This document shows positions 1 through 8,564 of a DNA stretch of 56,331 bases, piece after piece. Each line of letters begins with the position of its first letter. The first letter of the stretch is position 1. The DNA comes from a virus (Duplodnaviria > Caudoviricetes), in the IMG/VR virus record IMGVR_UViG_3300049048_000077, positions 1 through 56,331 of that record. One strand, given 5' to 3'. A program made the position numbers and the translations under genes. Under the pieces are notes generated by a model. It was not told the origin of the DNA and made no database searches. It saw only the letters and a list, made by a program, of their open reading frames with translations.

Positions 1-170
1 GGGCCCGCTACTTTCGTATCGGACACAGAGGACCCTTTACGAGGCGCATTGCTTGAGCTTCAAGTCTACGCGTTGGTGAACAGCTGAGCTGCGCAATGCT
101 TGTGGGCGGGGGAGAAAACTTCAGGGGCGGTTTTCGCTTCTTCGCTGTTTCGCGGCTCGGCGCCACTCCC
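1..170 (+). repeat. Terminal overlap copy 1 (circular assembly overlap)
   Basis: Matches 56162-56331 with 4 mismatches (positions 100,103,128,132). Confidence 0.95.
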
Positions 171-573
171 AGGGCGGCGTGTGCGGTGCGCTCCATAAAC
201 CCACTGACCGGGCACGCGCGGTAGCTTCTAACGGTGCAAGGTCCGGACGGGCCGCCGAGTATTTCGTGTACACCCAAGCCATCCCGGCGCTGACCTGTTC
301 GGTCGCCACGTCACGCCTCTGGCATTCCACATCGCCGACCGTGCGCCCGTATTTGTCCGTGTCGCGCGGGATGATGAAGGCGCGAGTCTCGAAGCACAGC
401 TTGGCCAGGTGCTGGCGCGACACCTCGCCGAAGGCCTGACGCTTTTCGGGGGCATCAATGGCGTTGATTCGAATGGTGACCTGCTGATAGGCGCCTGGCA
501 CACCGCAGCGGGCCTTAATGGTGTCACCGTCGGTGATGGCGACCACGAGACAGAGTAATGGAGCGGCAAACAA
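121..573 (-). CDS. Thermonuclease (SNase-like) family nuclease
   Basis: Motifs ITDGDTI, IRINAIDAPE, DKYGRTV, AR..GLW. Confidence 0.9.
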   Translation of the reverse strand: MFAAPLLCLVVAITDGDTIKARCGVPGAYQQVTIRINAIDAPEKRQAFGEVSRQHLAKLCFETRAFIIPRDTDKYGRTVGDVECQRRDVATEQVSAGMAWVYTKYSAARPDLAPLEATARARSVGLWSAPHTPPWEWRRAAKQRRSENRP

Positions 574-844
574 TGGAGCTTACTTTCGGTCGTGGCAATG
601 ATCAGTGCCGCAACGGTGCTACAGCGCAAATGTCCAAGCCTGCAAGCTGTTGAATTACAAAGACCTTTTTGGCCTGTCTGCCCAATCCATCATCGGCGCA
701 ACAGACATGCGCCGGGGCTCAAAGCAGGAAATTCCACAGCAGGCAAACGAAGAGGAAAAAAGGACACAGCGGGGCTGTGGCTGAACAAGGGCGCGCAGTG
801 CGCACGTTGGCCGGCGCGGAGACAGCGCCAGGGCTGCATGGCAG

Positions 845-1420
845 ATGCGGCGGGCGCATTATCCCATTCAAGCGGATGGGCCACCAGCAGTGGATCGGAG
901 TGAGAGTGGCCTGTTCGGGGCGGCTGAGAACATCGCGCATGCCAGCGTTCCGCCATACGGATCACTCAGCGCCCAGTTGGGGGCAATTTCCCCCGAAGGA
1001 AAGGCGAGGCTGCTGGCAGACCTGACGGCAGGCAAGGGGAGTGGAACCTACCGACTGGGCGATGTGACCGAAGGCCAAGCAAAGCTGCTCAGGCAGTCCG
1101 GCTTGCGATCAACTTCGAGAGATGTGCTCATGACGGATGACGTCCTGCGGCATCTGCATGACAAGCGCATGCTGGCGGAAAACTTTACACCAGCAGAAAT
1201 TGCCATGTTTGCCGAGCAAGCCATGGCGAAGCGGTCGCGCGTCGATCTGAATCCAGCCAAGGCTCGTCAGCAGCCTTCTTTGCTAAACGAAGGCATGCGC
1301 GATGCCGTCACAGGCAGGCGCTACGACGCGCGTATGCCCCTCTCAGAAGTGGATGGCGGGTACGAGGCACGGAGCATTGTTCCGGATGGCTTGCCACCAC
1401 GCAAAAAAATAAGCCCCTGA
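845..1420 (+). CDS. Putative BECR-fold (barnase/EndoU/colicin E5-D/RelE-like) RNase toxin; start uncertain
   Basis: LRHLHDKR...FTPAEIA helix pair, then beta strands ending EARSIVPDG, resembling phage/MuF-type toxin tips; no clear RBS. Confidence 0.5.
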   Translation: MRRAHYPIQADGPPAVDRSESGLFGAAENIAHASVPPYGSLSAQLGAISPEGKARLLADLTAGKGSGTYRLGDVTEGQAKLLRQSGLRSTSRDVLMTDDVLRHLHDKRMLAENFTPAEIAMFAEQAMAKRSRVDLNPAKARQQPSLLNEGMRDAVTGRRYDARMPLSEVDGGYEARSIVPDGLPPRKKISP

Positions 1421-1440
1421 TCTTTCGAGTCGGGGGCTTA
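1403..1440 (-). terminator. Intrinsic terminator (minus strand)
   Basis: TAAGCCCC...GGGGCTTA stem, GAAA loop, followed by TTTTTTT on minus strand. Confidence 0.8.
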
Positions 1441-1536
1441 CATGGTCGGCACTGAGGGGTGGGGTTGAGTACCCACTACTGGAGTTGTCCCGTCACCTCA
1501 GCACAAACACTACCGACCGGGGGCACCGATGCGGTG
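1403..1536 (-). ncRNA. Putative structured small RNA convergent with 845..1420
   Basis: Perfect TATAAT (1547-1542) upstream; nested stems GGTCGGTA/TGCCGACC, CTGAGG/CCTCAG, GGA/TCC, GTGGG/CCCAC; ends in terminator with U7; no ORF. Confidence 0.65.
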
Positions 1537-1571
1537 AATTAATTATACGCCTATATGCCTCCGCCAGCAGG

Positions 1572-2495
1572 TCACAGCCGCGCTGAAATCTGCTCTGCTG
1601 TCTCGCGGTAGTACACGTTCAGGAGCATCGACAAATCCTTGTGTCTGCTGATCCGCGCCAGGGTCATCACATCCACCCGGCGAGCCAGCAGCGTCAATGC
1701 CGTGGCCCGGGTATCGTGAAACGTCAGATCGTCTAAAAGCAGCTGACGCCGCAGCTTGGTGAACAGCACGCTGGCCTCGTTCGGCCCTACGGTGAATTCC
1801 ACCGGGAACAGCTTGAGCGACCGACGCGGCAAGGGGACTTCAACATACCCCCCAGTCTTGGTCCGATCCAATATGTACACCCGGCGCTTTGCGTCATAGG
1901 TGCCGGTAAGCACCTCGGCAAGACGCATCCCTGTGTGCAATGCAATGTGGAAAGCCTTCACCACCTCGCCCATCTTCTTGCTTCGGTCCGAGCGCAGCAC
2001 GCGCTTCATCTGCCGCCATCCCCAAACCTGCCTGCGTGCCTCCACCTGTTCGGGCATCCGCACGCCCCGAAACGGGTGCGTGTCAATCCAGCGCCATTCG
2101 TCCATCGCCACGGTGAACAGGTTGCGAATCAAATTCGCCTCCCTCTGTACCGTCGCCCCAGTCACAGCTTTCAGGCGCGCATCTCGCCACTGCCCGATAT
2201 CCGCGCTGGTGATTTGAGCGATTGGAGTGTGGTCGCCAAAGTGATCCATGAAGGCGGCAAACCGCTTTTCCTCCCACAGGGGTTTGCTTTTGGTCACGCT
2301 GACGGTCCGCACATAGTCAGCCACAGCATCGCCCAGCGTCTTTCCACCGGAGCCCTTGAGCCTGTCCAACTCAGCTTCCTTCGCCAGAGCCCAGGCCTGG
2401 GCTTCGCGCTTGGTGGCGGCAAGGTGGGATGCCCGGATGCCGTGCCGCTGAACTTCTGCCCGCCACTTGTCGCGGTACTTGCGAATCGATGCCAT
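1572..2495 (-). CDS. int: Tyrosine recombinase integrase
   Basis: TGMRLAE (R), TKTG (K), FHDTRA (HxxR), SRHKD, VYY catalytic motifs; N-terminal arm-binding domain. Confidence 0.95.
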   Translation of the reverse strand: MASIRKYRDKWRAEVQRHGIRASHLAATKREAQAWALAKEAELDRLKGSGGKTLGDAVADYVRTVSVTKSKPLWEEKRFAAFMDHFGDHTPIAQITSADIGQWRDARLKAVTGATVQREANLIRNLFTVAMDEWRWIDTHPFRGVRMPEQVEARRQVWGWRQMKRVLRSDRSKKMGEVVKAFHIALHTGMRLAEVLTGTYDAKRRVYILDRTKTGGYVEVPLPRRSLKLFPVEFTVGPNEASVLFTKLRRQLLLDDLTFHDTRATALTLLARRVDVMTLARISRHKDLSMLLNVYYRETAEQISARL

Positions 2496-2681
2496 GGTGT
2501 GCGGGCTAGTGTGCGGGATTTGTGAGGGGAGCTACTGAATTCCTGGCCGAAACTCTAGCACTCTCCAGAGGGGAAACTGCCGCTATTTCCCCCGGTTTCC
2601 CTTCATTGGTCCCCTCGACAGGAATCGAAACCCAGTATTCATGCGGCTTTCAAGCGCATGTGCGTGATTTGTGCGGGTTTT
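2496..2681. other. attP: tRNA 3'-end core with flanking arm-type repeats
   Basis: 2607-2629 reads TTCGATTCCTGTCGAGGGGACCA on minus strand (T-loop, acceptor strand, CCA); TGTGCGGG-like repeats at ~2498-2529 and ~2659-2677. Confidence 0.85.
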
Positions 2682-2848
2682 CGATGAATGAATGCTCGCA
2701 CTTCGCTGCGCAGCCAGAGGCGATTGCGAGGGGTAGAAGTAGGGGCCTCGGCTGGAAACCCAGGCAGTTTTACCAGTACATCCCTGGCGTGCCGTGTGCT
2801 GCACTTGTTCATCGCAGCAAGGTCGTCTAATGTCATCAGGTCGTTCAT
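2639..2848 (-). CDS. xis: Excisionase (AlpA/HTH_17-like)
   Basis: 69 aa, LMTLDDLA..GFP....W.RSEV pattern, adjacent to attP/int. Confidence 0.75.
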   Translation of the reverse strand: MNDLMTLDDLAAMNKCSTRHARDVLVKLPGFPAEAPTSTPRNRLWLRSEVRAFIHRKPAQITHMRLKAA

Positions 2849-2874
2849 CCTGACCTCCCAATAAAAATGCCGCT

Positions 2875-3483
2875 CTAGGCGGCAGTGTTTGGCTTGTGTA
2901 GTGCCTTGGGCACCTCGTCTTTTTCGAGCGTCTTTTTGAAGCCGACACAGCCAGCGACGTGAAAGACCACAACGCCCTCGGGCCTCATGAAGCCAGGCGC
3001 AGCGGCGCTACCATCGATGCGCAGGCGAGTGATTGCGTCCTCTACTTCATCGGTGCTGAACAAGCCTCGGTAAAGCACCGGCACCACACCAACACATGCA
3101 GGAACGCGGGTCTGATACTTCGGCTCTGCGCGCGGGTCGGCTGACGGGATCAGCGCGGGCTCCGCGTCGTGTGCACACCAGCGTAGCGTGTTGAACAGGC
3201 TGAAGCGCTTTTCGGTTTGGTTGTATTTCCGCTGGATGCCAGAGCCCCACCATTCGCCGAAGTGGCGTCCAGGTCCCAGCAGGCGCAGTTCGTCCGCATT
3301 GGCCGCAACCCAAGCGGCGAATCCGTAGTTGTCGTCGTCCGGCGTGATCCAGCGCGACCGCGACCCAGCGACGATGCCACCACCATCGCCGACGAGGATT
3401 TGTGCATTCGTGCCGTCGATCTTTTCGGTAATTACGCACTCGCGCGACAGGCGGGCCATCTTGGGGAATTCTTGAAAGTCCAT
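2875..3483 (-). CDS. RNA ligase (Rnl2-like nucleotidyltransferase domain)
   Basis: Motif I EKIDGTNA, GSR, FGEWWG, EGVVV, C-terminal KK. Confidence 0.8.
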   Translation of the reverse strand: MDFQEFPKMARLSRECVITEKIDGTNAQILVGDGGGIVAGSRSRWITPDDDNYGFAAWVAANADELRLLGPGRHFGEWWGSGIQRKYNQTEKRFSLFNTLRWCAHDAEPALIPSADPRAEPKYQTRVPACVGVVPVLYRGLFSTDEVEDAITRLRIDGSAAAPGFMRPEGVVVFHVAGCVGFKKTLEKDEVPKALHKPNTAA

Positions 3484-3516
3484 GCGTTCTCCTGAAATAA
3501 AAAAGAGCCCGAAGGC

Positions 3517-3666
3517 TCAGTGAAAAGTATTGCTTGGTGCCGGGTCATCCTCCCGCTCCGGCACTTCGTCTTCATCGCTATCCCTTTCCTGCTGCCATTC
3601 CTGGCCGTGGAAGATGCGGGATAGCTCTTGGTCTTGGTCCTGGCGCTGGCGGGCTCTGCGGCTCAT
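3517..3666 (-). CDS. Small acidic hypothetical protein (49 aa)
   Basis: ATG overlaps upstream stop; MSRRARQRQD...; followed by terminator. Confidence 0.55.
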   Translation of the reverse strand: MSRRARQRQDQDQELSRIFHGQEWQQERDSDEDEVPEREDDPAPSNTFH

Positions 3667-4064
3667 GGTGCCTCTCCTTCCCTCAGCTTCTGAGGATCAA
3701 TGCCAGGCCATGCCCTTGCACCGCGCTCCGTCAGTGCAGCGAGTTCAGCTTCGGGGAGAATGGCACGGGCGGCATCCCGCCTTGTCTTGTAGGTCATGTA
3801 GACCACTTCACCCACCTTGCCGTGCGGCTGGCAGGCTTCCCAGTACAAGCGGTCTGCTTTCTCCTGCTCTAGCGCCACCCAGTCGCTGAATGCCCACGAA
3901 ACACATTCGAAGAACACTTTGGCGCTGGCGTCAGCATCGCCGTTGAAGACGAGTTCCCCCCCGCTCAGATCCAGACTTCCTAGTCTTGTCCCATCTCGCC
4001 AGAAAATTATGGTGTGCTGTTGTGAAGAACTTTGCGGATCGATTTGTATCGTGTGTTCGTTCAT
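3663..4064 (-). CDS. Hypothetical phage protein
   Basis: Translationally coupled (ATGA overlaps) in PL arm. Confidence 0.7.
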   Translation of the reverse strand: MNEHTIQIDPQSSSQQHTIIFWRDGTRLGSLDLSGGELVFNGDADASAKVFFECVSWAFSDWVALEQEKADRLYWEACQPHGKVGEVVYMTYKTRRDAARAILPEAELAALTERGARAWPGIDPQKLREGEAP

Positions 4065-4294
4065 TTTTGCTCCTTCTCTAGGCGGGCGCGAGCGGCGTCA
4101 ATAGCGCCCTCTGCATTGATCGCGCGGTGCGCCTCCAGCGCATCAAGCAGAAGTGCAATCAAAGCTCGGTCCCTATCGGCCAGCTCTTTTTCAATCGCTC
4201 GCGCGAATGTCACTGGCAGAACATAGCCGTTGTCCCCAGGCTCAGCAGCCCGGCTCTCCGCCGCAATCTCGATGATTCTTTCGGTGGTCAGCAT
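4061..4294 (-). CDS. Hypothetical phage protein
   Basis: RBS AAAGGAG, coupled ORF. Confidence 0.7.
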   Translation of the reverse strand: MLTTERIIEIAAESRAAEPGDNGYVLPVTFARAIEKELADRDRALIALLLDALEAHRAINAEGAIDAARARLEKEQK

Positions 4295-4295
4295 G

Positions 4296-4664
4296 TCATG
4301 CTCCTTTGGTGATGCCGTGCGGCTGCCGAGCCTTTTTCAACTCGGCCAAGATGATTGCTACCAGTCGTTCATGCACCCTGTCCAGCAACCCGGAAGGTTC
4401 GCCTTCCTCGCCATCGTGATACGCAGTGTTCCGCAGGTGGTTGATCTGCGCAGTGATGAGCGGAGGCAAGTAGTGAGGCTCCGGGCTTGCTGCAGGTGCA
4501 GGCTGGGCGCGGCGCACGGCATCCAGATTGGCACGGACTGTTTCCGAGTTGTGGCACGCCTTGAACATCAGGCAAGCGGCGTAGGGGTGGTACTCACGGG
4601 GATCGCACGGCATCCCACATTCGCCGCAGGGGTGCATGGCTACTGGTCTATCTGTTTTGCTCAT
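4296..4664 (-). CDS. Hypothetical Zn-binding protein
   Basis: HPCGECG..EYHPYAACLMF motif. Confidence 0.65.
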   Translation of the reverse strand: MSKTDRPVAMHPCGECGMPCDPREYHPYAACLMFKACHNSETVRANLDAVRRAQPAPAASPEPHYLPPLITAQINHLRNTAYHDGEEGEPSGLLDRVHERLVAIILAELKKARQPHGITKGA

Positions 4665-5026
4665 AGCTCGCGATTCCTCACGTTAATAACAGGCTCTGCC
4701 TTTGCCCTGGCGGTCTTGATACGGCCTTTCAGCCGTGCCTCTTCTTTCTTCAAGGCCTCTACGCGGTCCAAGCCATCCGACAGCTTCTTGCGAACATCGC
4801 GGTGGCGATCCCAGGCATCCTGTAGGCGCCGCACCTCGTTTCTCAGGAAATCGAACGGGTCGAACACCTTTGCGCACTTCACGCAGCGCACAGTGCGCGA
4901 GTGTTCGTCCAGGCTGATCTTCTCGTGGGTGCAGTAGCCGAATGGCTCGCGCTCAACGCTCAGCGTCTGCTCGGGGATTTCGGCGCCCGGGAAGGCCCGA
5001 ATGTTGGAATCGGGTCTATCTGTCAT
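4661..5026 (-). CDS. Hypothetical Zn-ribbon/coiled-coil phage protein
   Basis: CxH...CxxC then coiled coil; start trimmed to ATGA-overlap Met. Confidence 0.7.
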   Translation of the reverse strand: MTDRPDSNIRAFPGAEIPEQTLSVEREPFGYCTHEKISLDEHSRTVRCVKCAKVFDPFDFLRNEVRRLQDAWDRHRDVRKKLSDGLDRVEALKKEEARLKGRIKTARAKAEPVINVRNREL

Positions 5027-6045
5027 GGCTTTGCTCCAGTTGCGCGGGCTGCGTCCGGCCCACACCAGCCAACACCTTCGCAGGCATCGCAGTGCGTTCG
5101 GAGGTCAACGGTTTCCACGCCGATCTCCTTGCCGTGGTTGATGCTTTCAGACTGCCAGTGCCACCCTTTGCCGTGACAGCGCTCGCATTTCCACGCATCC
5201 AGATCGGGCTGCGCAGCATCCTCCTGCACCCCGCTGTCCGCCCGACCTTCGGCGAGCCCGGCCTCGTACTGGCGCTGCGCGAACACGCGGACGTGCTCCA
5301 TGATGCGGGTGCCCGCCTCACCGAGCGGGTCGGTGGCGTCCCGCAGGGCGTTCCATGCGATGGATGCCTGTGATGGGGTGGCGGTGCTGTCTGCCTGGGC
5401 GGCAGGGGTGGGCGCTGCGGCCAGAGCTGCATAAATCAGGCGCTCACACTCGCTGCGCCGAATCGGCGGCGTGATGTTCTTCATCTCCACCATGGCAGCA
5501 TCGACCATTGCGATCATCGCTACTGCGCCAGCGGCTGGTGCCGCCTGTGCCGCCTGGGGCGAGGGGGTGGGCTGGTGCGCCGTCGAACGGAATGCGCGGT
5601 CAATCAAAGCCTCAACATCGGAAAATGCTTGGTGTTCATTGCCGAACAGGCCTACCACCAGGGTCATCAGTCGCTTGTCTCCATCCGTCAATGGCCGCCA
5701 ATCAATCCACCCGAAATCTGTAGCGCCGTAGGCCGCCCCGGCTGGTGCTTGCCCATTGGATGCGCGGACGGCTGCTAAGGCGTCGTACCAGCCTTCGCGG
5801 TATGCAGTGCCCCCGATGCTCCCCGTGATATACCCCCGCCCCATCTCAAACTTAGGCAGCACCGCCACGGCAGTGTTCGATTCCACTGCGCTGACCTGGG
5901 CGGGCTGTGTGAGTGCGGCTACCTGTGCGTGGAGGCGGCGAAGTTCGGCGGCGGCGGCGCGAGCTTCATCAGGCCACGGGTAGCCATGCTCAAGTTCTGC
6001 TGCCCGTCGCAGCGCTTCGGGCACTTGCCCTGGGGGGGTGGTCAT
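5023..6045 (-). CDS. Mosaic Ala/Pro-rich early protein with C-terminal DnaJ-like CxxCxGxG zinc finger
   Basis: CERCHGKG and CDACEGVG; ATG overlaps upstream stop. Confidence 0.7.
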   Translation of the reverse strand: MTTPPGQVPEALRRAAELEHGYPWPDEARAAAAELRRLHAQVAALTQPAQVSAVESNTAVAVLPKFEMGRGYITGSIGGTAYREGWYDALAAVRASNGQAPAGAAYGATDFGWIDWRPLTDGDKRLMTLVVGLFGNEHQAFSDVEALIDRAFRSTAHQPTPSPQAAQAAPAAGAVAMIAMVDAAMVEMKNITPPIRRSECERLIYAALAAAPTPAAQADSTATPSQASIAWNALRDATDPLGEAGTRIMEHVRVFAQRQYEAGLAEGRADSGVQEDAAQPDLDAWKCERCHGKGWHWQSESINHGKEIGVETVDLRTHCDACEGVGWCGPDAARATGAKP

Positions 6046-6290
6046 TGGGTTTCTCCGAGAGTGGTTTCGATTTCCACGCCGTGGTGGACCGCACGCAGCG
6101 TCAGAGCGCCACCGAAGCGGGCATGCAGGTCTTGGGCGATCACTTCCTGAAAACCCTCGCGGTGCAGTGCACAGGCCGTCTTGATGTGCTCCACGCGCAC
6201 CATGTCTTTGTTCCGCAGTTCCAGGCTGTAGATGATCTGCTCGCCATTGCCTGGGCACGCAGCGGCGAACGTGTAGCGGTAGGTGTTCAA
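6042..6290 (-). CDS. QueF-like (QueF-L) T-fold protein
   Basis: TTG start overlapping upstream TGA, RBS GGGAG; ACPGNG, VEHIK, FQEVIAQDL, HHGVEIE mirror the QueF-L Cys-Pro and HEE..DL motifs. Confidence 0.65.
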   Translation of the reverse strand: MNTYRYTFAAACPGNGEQIIYSLELRNKDMVRVEHIKTACALHREGFQEVIAQDLHARFGGALTLRAVHHGVEIETTLGETQ

Positions 6291-7036
6291 AGCAAACTCC
6301 CTTGAATGATTGGGTCTTCGTCCGGTATGGCGAACGACCACCGGGCCGGGGCATTCTGGGATTCGATGCGGGAGCGCATCACCTGGGCGCGCGCTTCCTT
6401 GGTGGGCGGCGTGTAGGTGCCGCGCCACGCTTGGTCGATTCCGATGTTTCGTCCGATGTTTGTGCTGTCGGCGCTCGATAGGGGCAGGCGGGCGAAGATT
6501 TCAGGATTCAGCATTCGCAGGCCGTGCATCCTGCACATGGGGCGTCCTTCGTCGTCGCAAACCACGCGCAGAGCACGGGCCATCTGACCCCACCATGCGG
6601 TGGTTCCGACCGTTGCGAACTCGCCTGAGCTGCCGATGCAGATGCGCGGGTAAGTGGATGCCAGCCGCTCTAGGCGTGCGAGGCTTTCGTGCATGTGCCA
6701 GACAGGCGCCCCGAACCACTTCGGCAGGGGCCACTCAGCCAGCAACGCATCGTTGTCGGCCTCGCCGCCGTCGATCACATCAGGGATCACGGCAAAGTCA
6801 CACATAGGCAGCAATTTGCACTGCCCGGCCCACTCGTAGAACGGGCGCCAGTCCTGCACGGGGTTTCCTGCGCGCCATGCCGGGAATGCGCCGTTGTCGA
6901 TGGCCAGGGATTGGCACACCGACACGGCAACGCCCAATTGTTCGCGGTTCGGGAAGCTCACAAAGGCATGGCCACCGCCGACAGCTGCCACTGCGCAGGT
7001 GTCAGGAGTGATTGGGAGCCCGTGGTAGTGGATCAT
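6287..7036 (-). CDS. tRNA/DNA-guanine transglycosylase-like (TGT/DpdA-like) TIM-barrel protein
   Basis: IDNGAF, IPDVI, PVWH, ICIGS, MHGL, SADST motifs in TGT order. Confidence 0.7.
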   Translation of the reverse strand: MIHYHGLPITPDTCAVAAVGGGHAFVSFPNREQLGVAVSVCQSLAIDNGAFPAWRAGNPVQDWRPFYEWAGQCKLLPMCDFAVIPDVIDGGEADNDALLAEWPLPKWFGAPVWHMHESLARLERLASTYPRICIGSSGEFATVGTTAWWGQMARALRVVCDDEGRPMCRMHGLRMLNPEIFARLPLSSADSTNIGRNIGIDQAWRGTYTPPTKEARAQVMRSRIESQNAPARWSFAIPDEDPIIQGSLL

Positions 7037-7497
7037 GTCGCCCCCTTTGCCTCAGATGCGAGGGGTGGGGCAGCGGCGATCATCGCGTTGAAGATGCGCT
7101 CTACCTTCTCGCGCGCGCCGCGTCCATTGCTGTTGTGCAGCATCTTCTTGCCCGCGTCGATCATTGCGTCGGTCACTGCCATTCCCTCTGGGGGAGAGGG
7201 GTGGGTGTAGAGGGGCGTCCACATGCAGTTGACCGGGTCAGAGAACCACAGGTATCCGCGCGTCGTGGTTTCGCGCTTCGTCAGTTGCTCGGTGAGCGCC
7301 CAAGCCACAGGCTCACTCCCCGCATTTGCTGCGAGAGATGCGCGGCCAGCCAGATACTGGTCGGCTTGCTCGACTGCGCTGGCTGCCTCTGCGTCCATTG
7401 AGGGGCTGAACGTCGGCGCACCGATGTAGCTTCGCGCCTCGTCCAACACATCGCGCAGCTTGAGGATGACGCGCTCTCCATTCATTTCGTCTGCCAT
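7033..7497 (-). CDS. Hypothetical early protein (EPVAW/PLYT ead-like)
   Basis: EPVAW...PLYTHP, MIAAAP motifs typical of lambdoid ea/ead genes. Confidence 0.7.
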   Translation of the reverse strand: MADEMNGERVILKLRDVLDEARSYIGAPTFSPSMDAEAASAVEQADQYLAGRASLAANAGSEPVAWALTEQLTKRETTTRGYLWFSDPVNCMWTPLYTHPSPPEGMAVTDAMIDAGKKMLHNSNGRGAREKVERIFNAMIAAAPPLASEAKGAT

Positions 7498-7513
7498 ACG
7501 GCCTCCATGTGGG

Positions 7514-7993
7514 TTAGCGGGCACCAAGCCCTTGATGCCACGCAGCGGTTGTCTCGCGCCACGCCTTGTTTGTGCGGACCCTGCTAATCAGCGTCCGATC
7601 CACGCCGTACACAAGGGCCAGGTCGTCGCAGGTCTGGTTTGAGGCTCTGATTTCCCGGGCCTTCTCCATAGTCAGCTTCCCTGTTTTGCGGCTGGCCTTC
7701 GCGCAGGAGATGACTTTCTTTGCTTTGACGGTGGGGCAGCTGTGCACCTTGGCTGTTATCTCCGCCTTGGTGGTCAGCCGCAGGTGCTCAGGGCTCAGGC
7801 AGGCAGCGCAATCGCATGTCACCGTCACGTAGTGGCCAGCCGGGATGCGTCCTTTCGCCAGCTCATAGACAAGCCTTCTAGCCGCCTTGTCGTTGTATTT
7901 GGGGTGCCCGGATGACTTGCTGAGGGAGCCTTGCCAAATCAGGCAATCAGCATCCTCTTTGCACTTGCCCAACAGAAATTGCAGAGTGGTCAT
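7514..7993 (-). CDS. HNH-like endonuclease with C-terminal HTH
   Basis: CLIWQG, TCDCAACLSPEHL, LA..YGV...ISRV. Confidence 0.7.
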   Translation of the reverse strand: MTTLQFLLGKCKEDADCLIWQGSLSKSSGHPKYNDKAARRLVYELAKGRIPAGHYVTVTCDCAACLSPEHLRLTTKAEITAKVHSCPTVKAKKVISCAKASRKTGKLTMEKAREIRASNQTCDDLALVYGVDRTLISRVRTNKAWRETTAAWHQGLGAR

Positions 7994-8045
7994 GGCGTAA
8001 AAAAGCCCGCTAGGTGCGGGCTGGTGTGGGGTGGTTAGGAGGGCG

Positions 8046-8519
8046 TCAGAACGGAATGTCGTCATCCATGTCGTCAAAGCCGTTAGCGGCGCGTGGGGCT
8101 ACCGATGGGGCATTGCGCTGCTGAGGTCGTGGCGCCGAAGCTGGTGCACGCGATTGCCCGCTGTCGTCACCTTGATCGCCGCCTTGCCTGCCGCCCAGCA
8201 TCTGCATCTGATCGGCCCGGATCTCCGTGCTGTACTTCTCAACCCCTGCCTGATCCGTCCACTTGCGCGTGCGCAGCGAGCCCTCGACGTAGATCTGCGA
8301 GCCCTTGCGCAGGTACTGCCCTGCAATCTCTGCCAGCCGCCCGTTGAACACGATGCGGTGCCACTCGGTGGCCTCTTTCATTTCGCCAGACTGCTTGTCC
8401 TTCCACTTATCTGTGGTGGCGACGGTGACGTTTGCCACTTGGTCCCCACTGGGGAACGTTCTGATTTCGGGGTCGCGGCCCAAGTGACCGACTACGATGA
8501 CTTTGTTTACGGATGCCAT
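8046..8519 (-). CDS. ssb: Single-stranded DNA-binding protein
   Basis: [19 protein letters not shown]-terminal DDDIPF. Confidence 0.97.
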   Translation of the reverse strand: MASVNKVIVVGHLGRDPEIRTFPSGDQVANVTVATTDKWKDKQSGEMKEATEWHRIVFNGRLAEIAGQYLRKGSQIYVEGSLRTRKWTDQAGVEKYSTEIRADQMQMLGGRQGGDQGDDSGQSRAPASAPRPQQRNAPSVAPRAANGFDDMDDDIPF

Positions 8520-8564
8520 ATCGGCCTTTCTAAAATTCCCGCCAGCCTGCCCGGCGGGTGTTGG

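Noticed and set aside
2607-2629. Functional tRNA gene
   Set aside because: Only the 3' 23 nt are present; it is the att core
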